64,000 nucleotides of DNA from Candidatus Obscuribacteraceae bacterium. GTDB taxonomy: Bacteria; Cyanobacteriota; Vampirovibrionia; Obscuribacterales; Obscuribacteraceae. Shown here one piece after another: positions 37,623-47,001 of the stretch. A model generated the notes under the pieces. It saw only the letters and a list, made by a program, of their open reading frames with translations, searched no databases and was not told where the DNA came from. Position 1 is the first letter of the stretch. Every line of letters starts with the position of its first letter. The stretch spans positions 256,001 to 320,000 of the forward strand of contig JBGASG010000005.1 in assembly GCA_044229845.1 (NCBI GenBank), in the 5' to 3' direction. The translations under genes were made by a program, and so were the position numbers.

Positions 37623-40568
37623 ATGGCGGACGATCCGAGTACCGCGGTGCGTCAGTCTGACGCGCCCGCGCACGACAATATCTTCACGGAATTTGGGAGC
37701 TCGTTCTGGAGATCCGGCATTCAGAAGCCCCTTGCGGGCACTGGACAGCTGGTCGGACTGAGGACAGAAGAAGTTAAGACCGACGATAACGTCACGGGTG
37801 CTATGAAGGCAGCCAACATTGCGGGCGTTGCGGCGGGGCAATTGTTCGATATGGGACTGCTCGCGATTGGCGGCGGGAAAGTATTTAAGATGCTCGGGCT
37901 GCAATCCAAATTTGAATCGCAGATGGCCAGCACTTTGTTCATCAACGGCTTTACTGGTGCCATGTATGGTGGCGTTCTCACACCGGTAGCCGAAGGCGAC
38001 AGCCAGTGGAGCCGCATCGGACATGCCACCACCGAAGCCGGCACCTTCATGACGCTCGGTGCCGTTTCTCATCGCATGAATCAGGCTTTCGGCAAGGGAT
38101 TGCTCGCCACCCAGGTGGCTGATCTTGAAGCCGGCACTTTCAAGACGACTGCCATGCAATTTGGCGCCGGTGTTGGCGACCGCGCAATAGTGCATGCAGG
38201 AAGCGGCGCCGCGGCCGGCATCATCAACACTCAACTGGATACGATGATGCATGGTCATCTCGTTGCCGAACCGGACCAATACATCAACAACGCAGTCGGT
38301 TGGGCGCTCGGCAACGTCGTCCTGGGCGAAGGCGTGCATCAGGTCAAGGCAGGCACGCTGCTTGGTTTGAGAGAAACGCGCAAATTCCTCGGCACCACCG
38401 CCGAAGCAGAAGCAGCCGGCGACGCCAATGTGGCGCGCGCCAGAAGAGGCGGAGAGCCGCCGGAACTTGATCTGCGCAGCCTCAAAGAAATTGCTGCCAG
38501 TGGTGACGAGGCGCGCGTTAGAAAGCTGGTCGAACTCTATTATCCCGCGTTGCAAAAGGCGTTCCCGCTGCCGGGTGAAATCGAAAGCGTCGAAACGTAC
38601 GTCAAATATTTGATGGACCCCGAAATGAAGTGGGAAATGGAGCAGTTGCTCGGTCCCATTCAGGGCGGGCTGCAGTATCAAATTTTGCCCATCGAAGGCG
38701 GCACCAACATCAAGAACGCCGGCTGGCTCGAGCACATCTGGGTTGCCGATCACGTCCGCGAAGGCGGCTATGGTTCAGGCTTGCTCAAACACGTTCAGGG
38801 GCAGGTTGCCAAAAAGGGCGGCGATGTCACTTTCTGGGAATGGAACAACCCCGACAAGATGTCCGCGGCCGAACTGTTGGAAGACGCCAAAGGCGGTATC
38901 ACCACTCAAGACCGCGTCGGCTACTGGGCCAATCGTGGTGCTTATGTCGCCGTCGTCAAATCAACCGGCGAAATCGCACCATACTCGCAGCCCGGCATGG
39001 ATGGTCAGGAAGCGGTGCCGTATCTGTCGCTGGCATGGAGCAAGCCAGGCGGGCTCGATGGACAGACCATCCTGAAGAGCGACTATTTGAAGGTGCTGAC
39101 GTCCGCGCACAACACCATTACCGAAACGGCAAGCGATGCCACCGTGGCCGAGTACAAAGCCGCATTGGATGCGCTTCCGGACACCGAATTCCAGTTCATG
39201 AAACTGGCGGATTACGTCAAGCAGCGCACACAACTCCTCGAACAAGCGCGCCAAAACAATCCTGTGGAAGCCGATCAGCGCATCGCGCGCTGGCAAGGTG
39301 ATGACTTTACGCCGATTCAAGCACCGCGTCGCATGTTCGATATCGGTGATGCACCGGTTAACGATGAAGTGGCGAAAGCCGCTCAGTATCAGGCTCAGTC
39401 GACGTCTCCGTGGATGCGCACCGTCGATGCCAGCAAGCGTTTTCCGACGCTCACGGGTGAAGCCAACGCAGATACGGTAGTGGTCGGGTCCGGCATTGTC
39501 GGTCAACAGATCGCCGATACATTGGCCGGCATGGGACAGCGTGTGATCGTCCTGGAACGAGGCAGACTCGGCTCCGGCACATCCAGCATGATGGGAGCCA
39601 TGAATACCTTTGTTCCGGACACCGGCTTCGAAGCCATGGCCGAAGCTTACGGACCGCAGTTTGCCGAAATCATGCAGAGATCGATGGCGGCGCGCACTGC
39701 GACGGCTCGTCTCGGCATGCGCTACGGCGACTTCCAACCTGTAGATTCGTACAATATCGGCTACTCGCCAAATCACGAAGGCATCGCTGCCGAAGTGCGT
39801 CTGGCTTCCAAGTTCGACCCGTCTGTCCGTTTCTTGACGGGCGGCGATGCTGAAAAAGTATTTCCAACCGCACGCTCCGTCGGAATCTTCCCGGGTGAAG
39901 GCAACCTCAACCCGCGGCGCCTGCTGCTGGGATTGGCTAATTCCGGTCGCTTCACCGTTTTCGAAGATTCGCCCGTGGTTGGTGTCAGCCAGGCCAAGAC
40001 TGGTGATGGTGCCGATGTATTCACGCCTGCTGGCGTCGTCCACGCCAACAAAGTGATCTTTGCGACCAACGGTACGGTGACACCGTTCTCGTACCTCAAC
40101 CAGCACCTGACGCCTGTCCAGACATTCGCCAACGTCGGCGACATCAAAATGAAACTGCCCGGCAATTTCTTCGATGCGCCTGACGCAGCCGTCAGCGGCG
40201 AGCAGATACCGTTCTCCTACTGGCGCCAGTTCGGTCTGCCGCAGTTCGGTCCGACAGAAACGCTGATCGGCGGCACCGCCAAGTTCCTGGATACCGGCAA
40301 AGCTATGCCGTTTGAGCCGCAATTGAACGAAGTGACGCAGCGGTTGTTCGGCGTCAACGGACGCAATCAAGGCACCGCGCTGATCTTCACGTCCTATCGT
40401 GACGGTGTGCCGATTTATGCCATTCATCCTGAGTTTCCAGCCATGTCGATAGCCACCGGCGCTGGTGGCACAGGACTGGTGGGCGGTGGACTGCTGGCGC
40501 AGGCAGCGGCTATGGAAGCCAAAGGCAAAGTAGATCAGTTGCTGTCGCCCTATCGGTTCAACAACTAG
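37623..40568 (+). CDS. Multidomain protein: Gly/Ala-rich hydrophobic N-terminal region + GNAT-like domain + FAD-dependent (DAO-family) oxidoreductase
   Basis: WLEHIWVADHVREGGYGSGLL (GNAT motif A); VVVGSGIVG...VIVLERGRLGSGTS (FAD-binding); VFEDSPV, ANKVIFATNG, DGVP, TGAGGTG. Confidence 0.8.
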   Translation: MADDPSTAVRQSDAPAHDNIFTEFGSSFWRSGIQKPLAGTGQLVGLRTEEVKTDDNVTGAMKAANIAGVAAGQLFDMGLLAIGGGKVFKMLGLQSKFESQMASTLFINGFTGAMYGGVLTPVAEGDSQWSRIGHATTEAGTFMTLGAVSHRMNQAFGKGLLATQVADLEAGTFKTTAMQFGAGVGDRAIVHAGSGAAAGIINTQLDTMMHGHLVAEPDQYINNAVGWALGNVVLGEGVHQVKAGTLLGLRETRKFLGTTAEAEAAGDANVARARRGGEPPELDLRSLKEIAASGDEARVRKLVELYYPALQKAFPLPGEIESVETYVKYLMDPEMKWEMEQLLGPIQGGLQYQILPIEGGTNIKNAGWLEHIWVADHVREGGYGSGLLKHVQGQVAKKGGDVTFWEWNNPDKMSAAELLEDAKGGITTQDRVGYWANRGAYVAVVKSTGEIAPYSQPGMDGQEAVPYLSLAWSKPGGLDGQTILKSDYLKVLTSAHNTITETASDATVAEYKAALDALPDTEFQFMKLADYVKQRTQLLEQARQNNPVEADQRIARWQGDDFTPIQAPRRMFDIGDAPVNDEVAKAAQYQAQSTSPWMRTVDASKRFPTLTGEANADTVVVGSGIVGQQIADTLAGMGQRVIVLERGRLGSGTSSMMGAMNTFVPDTGFEAMAEAYGPQFAEIMQRSMAARTATARLGMRYGDFQPVDSYNIGYSPNHEGIAAEVRLASKFDPSVRFLTGGDAEKVFPTARSVGIFPGEGNLNPRRLLLGLANSGRFTVFEDSPVVGVSQAKTGDGADVFTPAGVVHANKVIFATNGTVTPFSYLNQHLTPVQTFANVGDIKMKLPGNFFDAPDAAVSGEQIPFSYWRQFGLPQFGPTETLIGGTAKFLDTGKAMPFEPQLNEVTQRLFGVNGRNQGTALIFTSYRDGVPIYAIHPEFPAMSIATGAGGTGLVGGGLLAQAAAMEAKGKVDQLLSPYRFNN

Positions 40569-40596
40569 GTGCGCGGTAAGCGCCAGTTAAATCGAA

Positions 40597-41232
40597 TCAG
40601 TTAATCGCCTGGTGCTGCTGCTTCTGCTGCCCGACGAGGATATCTAGAATCGCCGGTTCAATCCAGCCGCGGCGAATCAATAGCTCGCCGAGACTGTTCA
40701 TAGAAGTGCGTTGATCGAAGAGCACGATTTTGATCATGTCTGGATTGACGATTTCCATAACCATGGCGCGCCGTGTCGTATCGTCGACTGGCCGCGGCTC
40801 TCCGGCGAGGAAGATGTGCTGCCCCATCAACAGTCCGTCAAGCTCACTTTGCGACAGAAGCCGCTTCTCTTGCAGTATCTGTCCCAGCGGCAGGTCGATA
40901 TCTTGCTGCTCGTTGATGGCGGCTTCCAACTCATCCAGAGTGATAATGCCGGCGGCAACACAGATGTGGCCAAGCTTTGGATTGTAATTCTCTTGCTTGA
41001 CACTGCGTTCGTTTTCAACTTCTTGCTTGTGCTTTTCGCGGCTCGGGAGCTGATTTAGCACGTCATACGCGGCTTTGATTTTTATGCGCGCTTTGGCTGC
41101 TTGCCAGGCTGCAGGGCTTCCGGGCGTGAAGTTCGACTCATCAAAAGCTTTGCTCAAATACCGGTACGCCTCTTCCACAGCCAGATCGGAAGCGGTTTCC
41201 GGAATTCCCAGGACGACAAAATGGTTGGGCAA
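40597..41232 (-). CDS. J-domain-like protein with MshEN-like repeats
   Basis: HFVVLGI...AYRYLSKAFD...IKAAYDVL is J-like without HPD; KLGHICVAAGIIT..EL..A...Q, LGQILQEK, LGELLIRRGWI. Confidence 0.75.
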   Translation of the reverse strand: MPNHFVVLGIPETASDLAVEEAYRYLSKAFDESNFTPGSPAAWQAAKARIKIKAAYDVLNQLPSREKHKQEVENERSVKQENYNPKLGHICVAAGIITLDELEAAINEQQDIDLPLGQILQEKRLLSQSELDGLLMGQHIFLAGEPRPVDDTTRRAMVMEIVNPDMIKIVLFDQRTSMNSLGELLIRRGWIEPAILDILVGQQKQQHQAIN

Positions 41233-41349
41233 GGCTCTTTACCACTGGAACATACGTGTCTTTTAACTATACCCGGAAGGGACCTAAATGCCATCCTCTC
41301 TTGCGTTTACAAGGACTGAACAGACTTTAGGCGACATGATTTTACCGAT

Positions 41350-41485
41350 AGTCGTATTGTCGACGAGACGACCAGTCTACTGATACTTAATACAAATGTT
41401 GTATCAGTCGACGACTTGACAGTTCTACTAGTCGACCTGAGTTACCGTTGACCTGTCCAAAAGACACCAATTCGACAGTTGGACA
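41350..41485. promoter_or_regulatory. Array C of phased 8-bp boxes upstream of SulP
   Basis: AGTCGTAT, TGTCGACG, AGACGACC, AGTCTACT, three poor units, AGTCGACG, ACTTGACA, GTTCTACT, AGTCGACC, tgagttac, CGTTGACC, TGTCCAAA, AGACACCA, ATTCGACA, GTTGGACA, all in one register. Confidence 0.78.
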
Positions 41486-41631
41486 GGCGGACCCATCAAT
41501 GCCAGGGCAGGCGCAGCAAGCATAGTATTAGCGCTGCGCCCTTTCGGCGATTTGCAGCTTCCTGTATCGTTTAAATTCCTGCCACTAAACGGTTGCCGAC
41601 TAAATTCTCGGCGCCTCGCACTCTCGTAGCC

Positions 41632-44088
41632 ATGCAAATTCCAACCACGAAGAAACAACGCCTGATTGGATTTGACCTGCCATTTCTCATGGAAGAGTGG
41701 CGGCAAATGTTCAACCCGGCAAGTTTGCCTAAAGATATCTGGGCTGGCACCACTGTCGCACTGGTGGCATTGCCTCTGAACCTGGCTCTGGCAGTGGCTG
41801 CCGGGGTCCCACCCGGGGTTGGTATCGCTACTGGTATCACAGCCAGCGTCATCGCTTCCATGCTCGGCGGACAGAAGTATGCTATTACCGGACCCGCGGC
41901 AGCCATGGCTGTGATCCTGGTGCAGATCACGGCGCGCTACGGCATCAGTGGGATCTGGCTGGTCGGGCTTCTCGCCGGCATCATGCAGGTTACCGCTGGG
42001 TTGCTGCGTCTCGGCCGATTGATCTCTTACATACCGATGCCGGTGATTACCGGTTTTGCAAATGCAATCGGCATACTGGTGGCATTTAACGCCCTGGATG
42101 GTTTCATGGGCATGCCATTGAAGAAGCATGCTCCAGGCGCTGCGCCGGCTGTAGCGCATGAGATCATCCCCAAGTTTATCCTTGATGTTCAGCACCTCGT
42201 CCAGGCCATACTGAAAGGGCAGGCAAATCACGACGCGCTGATCATCGGCGGATTGACCCTCGCGGTCGCAGTCGTAGTACCGCGTTTAACTAAAGCAATT
42301 CCCAGTCAGCTGGTGGCGATCATTGTCGGTACGGTGGCATCTGTGGTGCTCGGCTATCAAATCCCGCGAATTGTTGATGTTGCGCCGCTTACTGACGCAT
42401 TGCCGGTTCTGCAGATGCCCGTCCTGCCATGGGATGCGTTCGGTCTACTCTTTGCCGCCGCCTTCACGGTGTTCATGCTGGGATCGATCGAATCGCTGCT
42501 GTCGGCATCGGTGGCAGACGGGATGACGATGTCCAAAAAACATCATGCCGATCAAGAACTGATCGGACAGGGCTTCGCAAACGTGTTCATGCCTTTCGTG
42601 GGTGGAATACCTGTGACGGGCGTCATTGCGCGTACTGCGATCAATGTCAGGGCAGGCGCACAAACCAGACTGTCCGGAATTGTGCATGCTGTTGTGTTGA
42701 CTGTACTGATTGTGTTTCTCTCAAAATATGCCGAGCAAATCCCTCTGGCAGCGCTGTCGGCGATTCTCATTCTGACTGGCTTTCGATTGTTCGAATGGGA
42801 CGAAGGCCGCGAAATCTGGAAAGCTTCGAAGTTGGAAGCGTGGGTGATGATACTCACAACAGTAGTCTCGGTGCTGGTCGATCTGACAGCCGGTGTGCTC
42901 GCCGGGCTGCTCTTCACGTGCGGACTGTTCATCAAACAAATGAGCGAGTTGCGTCTGGTGTCGGCAGCTGAGACAGACGGTGGTGAGAATCTCTCGCCGG
43001 CTCTCAACATGCCGTGCTGCAAATTTGCTCAGACATTTTTGGTCGATGGACCGCTGTTTTTCGGTGCGGCTGAACGCTTTACTGAAAACATTCTGCAGGT
43101 GCAGGACGTGCGCGTGCTGGTTCTCGACATGAGCCAGGTCAATCATATGGATTTGACCGGAGTAGAAACGCTCCTTTCGGTGCACCGCCAACTGGAGCGC
43201 AAAGGCGCGCGCATGGTGCTGGCGGCATTGCCGACTCAGCCGCTTGAACTGTTGCGGCGTACGAAAGCGATGAACGAAATCGGCGAAGAAAACATCTTCC
43301 GCGATCTGACGCAAGCCAACATCGAGGCCCATGTTGCGCTGCTCAGCAGCAGCTGTTCTGATTGCGCAGTCGGACTAGATCCCAGCAAGAAGCCAGCCGG
43401 TCCACGTGACTGCAAGATGCGCTCCGCTCTGCTGGCGGACAACAGTCCGCTGATCCAGGTAGTCAAAGATCGCCTCTTGAAGAAGGATGTTGTGGCACCG
43501 CCTGTAGTGGCGGACGTACAGGGGCGGCTGGTAGTGGTGGATGACGAGTCTAAGATCCCCGGCTTTCTCAGGGGCAGTCCTATCGAAGTATTGTTGCGGG
43601 CACAAAACTTCCGCGGCACCGAAATTCCATATGTTGCCAGACCTGAGCTTTTAATCGGTATGTGTGTCGACTATGGCAAGACAGTCATGTTGCCCAAAGT
43701 ATGGGCGCATGTTATACGGCGTGAAGGAGCCAGCATGCAGGGCAGCGAATTCGCTATTGCTCTGTCTGTAGCGGACGGCGTCAAGTACATGGCATTGATC
43801 GCGCATGATGACTGCGCCATGGGCAATACAGTCGAGCACAAAGACGCTTTCGTCAAAGCGATGACCGGCAACCATGGCTGGGATCCGGAGCAAGCAAATG
43901 GTTTCTTCGATATATACGTTCGATCTCCAGATCTGAATACCGAAATCGACTTCATCATGGAAGAGAGCGCTCGGTTGCAGCGGCTTTTCCGCGGTATTTT
44001 GGTGATACCACTTGTTTACAAAACTGAGAGCGACCAGCTGTATTTGGTCAGTGAGTGGCTATCCGGGCGCTTGGAAACTGCCGGCTAA
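41632..44088 (+). CDS. SulP/SLC26 anion (probably bicarbonate) transporter + STAS + beta-carbonic-anhydrase-like domain
   Basis: DIWAGTTVALVALPLNLALA, GPAAAM, ESLLSA, QELIGQG.AN; STAS GPLFFGAA..DLTG; C-terminal IGMCVD...IAHDDC. Confidence 0.9.
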   Translation: MQIPTTKKQRLIGFDLPFLMEEWRQMFNPASLPKDIWAGTTVALVALPLNLALAVAAGVPPGVGIATGITASVIASMLGGQKYAITGPAAAMAVILVQITARYGISGIWLVGLLAGIMQVTAGLLRLGRLISYIPMPVITGFANAIGILVAFNALDGFMGMPLKKHAPGAAPAVAHEIIPKFILDVQHLVQAILKGQANHDALIIGGLTLAVAVVVPRLTKAIPSQLVAIIVGTVASVVLGYQIPRIVDVAPLTDALPVLQMPVLPWDAFGLLFAAAFTVFMLGSIESLLSASVADGMTMSKKHHADQELIGQGFANVFMPFVGGIPVTGVIARTAINVRAGAQTRLSGIVHAVVLTVLIVFLSKYAEQIPLAALSAILILTGFRLFEWDEGREIWKASKLEAWVMILTTVVSVLVDLTAGVLAGLLFTCGLFIKQMSELRLVSAAETDGGENLSPALNMPCCKFAQTFLVDGPLFFGAAERFTENILQVQDVRVLVLDMSQVNHMDLTGVETLLSVHRQLERKGARMVLAALPTQPLELLRRTKAMNEIGEENIFRDLTQANIEAHVALLSSSCSDCAVGLDPSKKPAGPRDCKMRSALLADNSPLIQVVKDRLLKKDVVAPPVVADVQGRLVVVDDESKIPGFLRGSPIEVLLRAQNFRGTEIPYVARPELLIGMCVDYGKTVMLPKVWAHVIRREGASMQGSEFAIALSVADGVKYMALIAHDDCAMGNTVEHKDAFVKAMTGNHGWDPEQANGFFDIYVRSPDLNTEIDFIMEESARLQRLFRGILVIPLVYKTESDQLYLVSEWLSGRLETAG

Positions 44089-44171
44089 TCGTATCTTAGA
44101 GGATTGCACTAGATTCCAAGGCTGTTTGCGGCAATGATGTAATCCTCTTGTCTACAAACTAATGAGCGCGA

Positions 44172-45341
44172 ATGACTAAGGAAAAACTGGTTTATCTGGC
44201 TATTGCCATCGTTTTCTGTGGAGCCCTGCTGTCGTATTTTGCGAGACCAAAAGCGCCTCACCTCGAACTGGTATCACCGGAACAAATCTCACCGGGAGTG
44301 ATCGCTGAATACGCTTCCGCCAACAGCAACCTTGCGGAGCACGTTCTCAACTCCTATGGACTGGCTCTTGTTCTCGTGCAGAGCTCTTATTCGCCGGATA
44401 ACGCCACCGCTCTTGAAGCCTTGCGCTCGTGGGCTCGCGATAACTATGTGGCTGACAAAGGTTTCTTGCATCCGATCTCGCTGGAACAACATGAAAAGCC
44501 GGCCGACACCGTATTTGGTGCTTTCACCTACAACGTCCTCGGTGGACCGTATTATTTCTTGCGCAGCAAGGTCGGCGATCTGGTGCGCTCGCGCATCGCG
44601 ACATTCCAGGAGTCGCAGCGCTACATCAGTGTTTCGGACGCGTACTTCGAACTTTTCGGCGACGATCCGGAAGCCGCAGTCTTGTTGGCTCGTTATCAAT
44701 CAGACCGGGCCAAACTCTCACTCGACGTCGTGATGTCGAGTCTCGTTTGGGGAGTGTTCACGGTCGGTTCTTTGATCTACATCTTCACCGCCGAGTGGCG
44801 AAAATATCGATTTATTCGCCTGCAGAAGTGTCTGGCATTTCTCTGGTTGATGCTCGGCGCTTCCTACTTTATTTCAGCCACTGTGCATAATGAGGTGGGT
44901 ACGGTTCTCTCTGCGCTGCTGGCCACCGCCGTTGGACTGTATTCGCTGCGTCCCTGGTTCCTTCACATCAATGCGCACGGCATCGATGGTGTCAAATTCC
45001 TGCACACCAATCCACTCTTGATCGCTTTGTTTACATGGGCAACGTGGTCCTTGATCTGCATGCAGATGCTGAGCTGGATGAAGACGCCGTTGACTGCAAC
45101 TCCAGATCCGTTGACCTTGTTGTTCTCCGCGGTGACCGGTGACTTCATGCACGATCACTCCGCCGAGAAGGCAGTGGTGAAGCATTTCATTGCCTTGCTC
45201 TGGGTGGTCTGTGTGGTCTGGATCATGTGGGTCCGGCACCGTGATGGACAGTCTTTCGTGGAAGATCGACTGATCGAACATTTCCGAGAAGAAGGTCCGA
45301 TTGCAGGCGACCGCGAGCCGGCGTTGACCTCGCGCCGCTAA
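44172..45341 (+). CDS. Hypothetical multi-TM protein with a periplasmic N-terminal domain
   Basis: 389-aa ORF with an N-terminal TM and several C-terminal TM helices. Confidence 0.7.
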   Translation: MTKEKLVYLAIAIVFCGALLSYFARPKAPHLELVSPEQISPGVIAEYASANSNLAEHVLNSYGLALVLVQSSYSPDNATALEALRSWARDNYVADKGFLHPISLEQHEKPADTVFGAFTYNVLGGPYYFLRSKVGDLVRSRIATFQESQRYISVSDAYFELFGDDPEAAVLLARYQSDRAKLSLDVVMSSLVWGVFTVGSLIYIFTAEWRKYRFIRLQKCLAFLWLMLGASYFISATVHNEVGTVLSALLATAVGLYSLRPWFLHINAHGIDGVKFLHTNPLLIALFTWATWSLICMQMLSWMKTPLTATPDPLTLLFSAVTGDFMHDHSAEKAVVKHFIALLWVVCVVWIMWVRHRDGQSFVEDRLIEHFREEGPIAGDREPALTSRR

Positions 45342-45367
45342 GTGGTGCGTCAGCCCGGCAGGCAGTC

Positions 45368-46498
45368 ATGAGCGATCAAATAGCGCAGCGCATTGGACGG
45401 GAGTTGGACGTCTCCAATCTTTGCGAGCTTCTGGCTGAGAAACTGTCTGGCGCCGATCTGCACTCGTTGTTGCTGGCAGTGTTCAAGCGCCGCATCGGCG
45501 AAATTCTGCCCGCGCGACTGACGCAGGACAATGCCGCTACGCTGGCGAGCAATGTCAGCGGACGCTTGTTGAACAAAGTCGATCAAATGGCATTCGAAAT
45601 TGCGTCGCGCTTCGAAGCAGTGGAGCTATCGCCCGTGACACCACTTGGTAGCGTGGCGGTTTTGACGGGACTTGATCAGGGCAACGTCCTCAGCACAATC
45701 AGAGCGCTGGAATGTGCTTCGGATCCTACTATCGGACTTGCCTTGGAATGCGCGAGATTGCGCAGGAAACAAATGGATCGTAGAGAACCTAATCGCCTTT
45801 GCACCAGCCAGCGCGTGCTCAGATTTCCCCTGCCTTCAACCCCTGGTTATTCAGCCCATTTCAAATTGCTGTGTATGGTGAGCGCTGGGCGCGACATAGG
45901 TTCGTTCGGCTTCGAAGTGGAAGCACTGCGGGAGCACATCGACTTCTATCTAACCTTCGTCAAGAATCTTCGAGCGATCGGTTTTTCATACTCGCATATT
46001 GCTGTGCAAATCTGCGATACGCGCGTGGTGTCACATCTTTGTGCGCGTTCCAATATTGATCGCGACAACATCAAAGCCACGGTCCGTGCGCGCGACTCGC
46101 AAAGCTCCGAGCGATTGCTGGAGAAATATTCAATCGATTGGCCGAAAGCGATGAAGTCGCCGGCAGAGGAGTTAGCTGCATACGATCTCCCCGAACACCT
46201 GATCAGGCACATGAGTCTGATACAACAGGATGTCTGCGATGTTTTGCAAGGCATTCATGAAGGCGTCGAGTTTAGTTTCAACCTGCGCAGGCTGACAGGA
46301 CTGGGCTACTACGACGGACCATGTTTTCACATCAAAATGACCAACGATCGCGGTGAGTCATTTATGCTTGCCGACGGTGGTTTCGTGCAATGGACGCAGC
46401 GCCTGCTCGGCGACAAGAAGGAGCGTTTACTCACCAGCGCCATCGGGATCGAGCTTCTGTGTCGTCTGTTCCGCGTTGAGGGCGATACTGCAAAATGA
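45368..46498 (+). CDS. Hypothetical protein with class II aminoacyl-tRNA-synthetase-like features
   Basis: GLGYYDGPCFHI...LADGGF...SAIGIELL resembles the C-terminal strands and motif 3 of HisRS/HisZ. Confidence 0.6.
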   Translation: MSDQIAQRIGRELDVSNLCELLAEKLSGADLHSLLLAVFKRRIGEILPARLTQDNAATLASNVSGRLLNKVDQMAFEIASRFEAVELSPVTPLGSVAVLTGLDQGNVLSTIRALECASDPTIGLALECARLRRKQMDRREPNRLCTSQRVLRFPLPSTPGYSAHFKLLCMVSAGRDIGSFGFEVEALREHIDFYLTFVKNLRAIGFSYSHIAVQICDTRVVSHLCARSNIDRDNIKATVRARDSQSSERLLEKYSIDWPKAMKSPAEELAAYDLPEHLIRHMSLIQQDVCDVLQGIHEGVEFSFNLRRLTGLGYYDGPCFHIKMTNDRGESFMLADGGFVQWTQRLLGDKKERLLTSAIGIELLCRLFRVEGDTAK

Positions 46499-47001
46499 GT
46501 CAGGCAGAGATACGCATTGTCAATCTGGATGACTTCGATGCTTACTGGGCGCTGCGGTTGCGCGCGCTCAAAGAAGAGCCCGAGTCATTCGGAAGTTCAT
46601 ACGAAGAAGCGGTGACGCGACCGCGGGCGGACGTCGAAAAAATGATCGTCGGTCCCGGCGGCGGATTTGTTCTTGGTGCATTCGCGCCGGAACTCGTCGG
46701 TGTCGTCGGCATGTTTTGTGCCCAGGGACCCAAGGAGAAACATAAGGGCGGTATCTGGGGCATGTATGTAGCGCCTGATTTTCGGGGGCAAGGATTGGGC
46801 CGCGCTCTGATGACGAGAGCCATTGCGCAGGCGCGGAGCGTCGCACTGATTGAAGAGTTGAGGTTGTCCGTGGTCACAACTAATGAGTCAGCGTACAAAC
46901 TCTATCTCTCGCTGGGATTCACCGAATATGGTGTCGAGCCGCGCGCTCTGAAACTTGGCGGCAAGTATCTCGACGAATACATGATGGTGCTGCGCCTATA
47001 G
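46495..47001 (+). CDS. GNAT-family N-acetyltransferase
   Basis: GMYVAPDFRGQGLGRAL, NESAYKLYLSLGF; ATGA overlap with the upstream gene. Confidence 0.93.
   Translation: MSQAEIRIVNLDDFDAYWALRLRALKEEPESFGSSYEEAVTRPRADVEKMIVGPGGGFVLGAFAPELVGVVGMFCAQGPKEKHKGGIWGMYVAPDFRGQGLGRALMTRAIAQARSVALIEELRLSVVTTNESAYKLYLSLGFTEYGVEPRALKLGGKYLDEYMMVLRL

Noticed and set aside
38961..40427. Long antisense ORFs (488 aa here; also 37587-38753, 8439-9395, 58277-59236)
   Set aside because: Shadow ORFs opposite well-supported genes in GC-rich DNA, with no motifs of their own.
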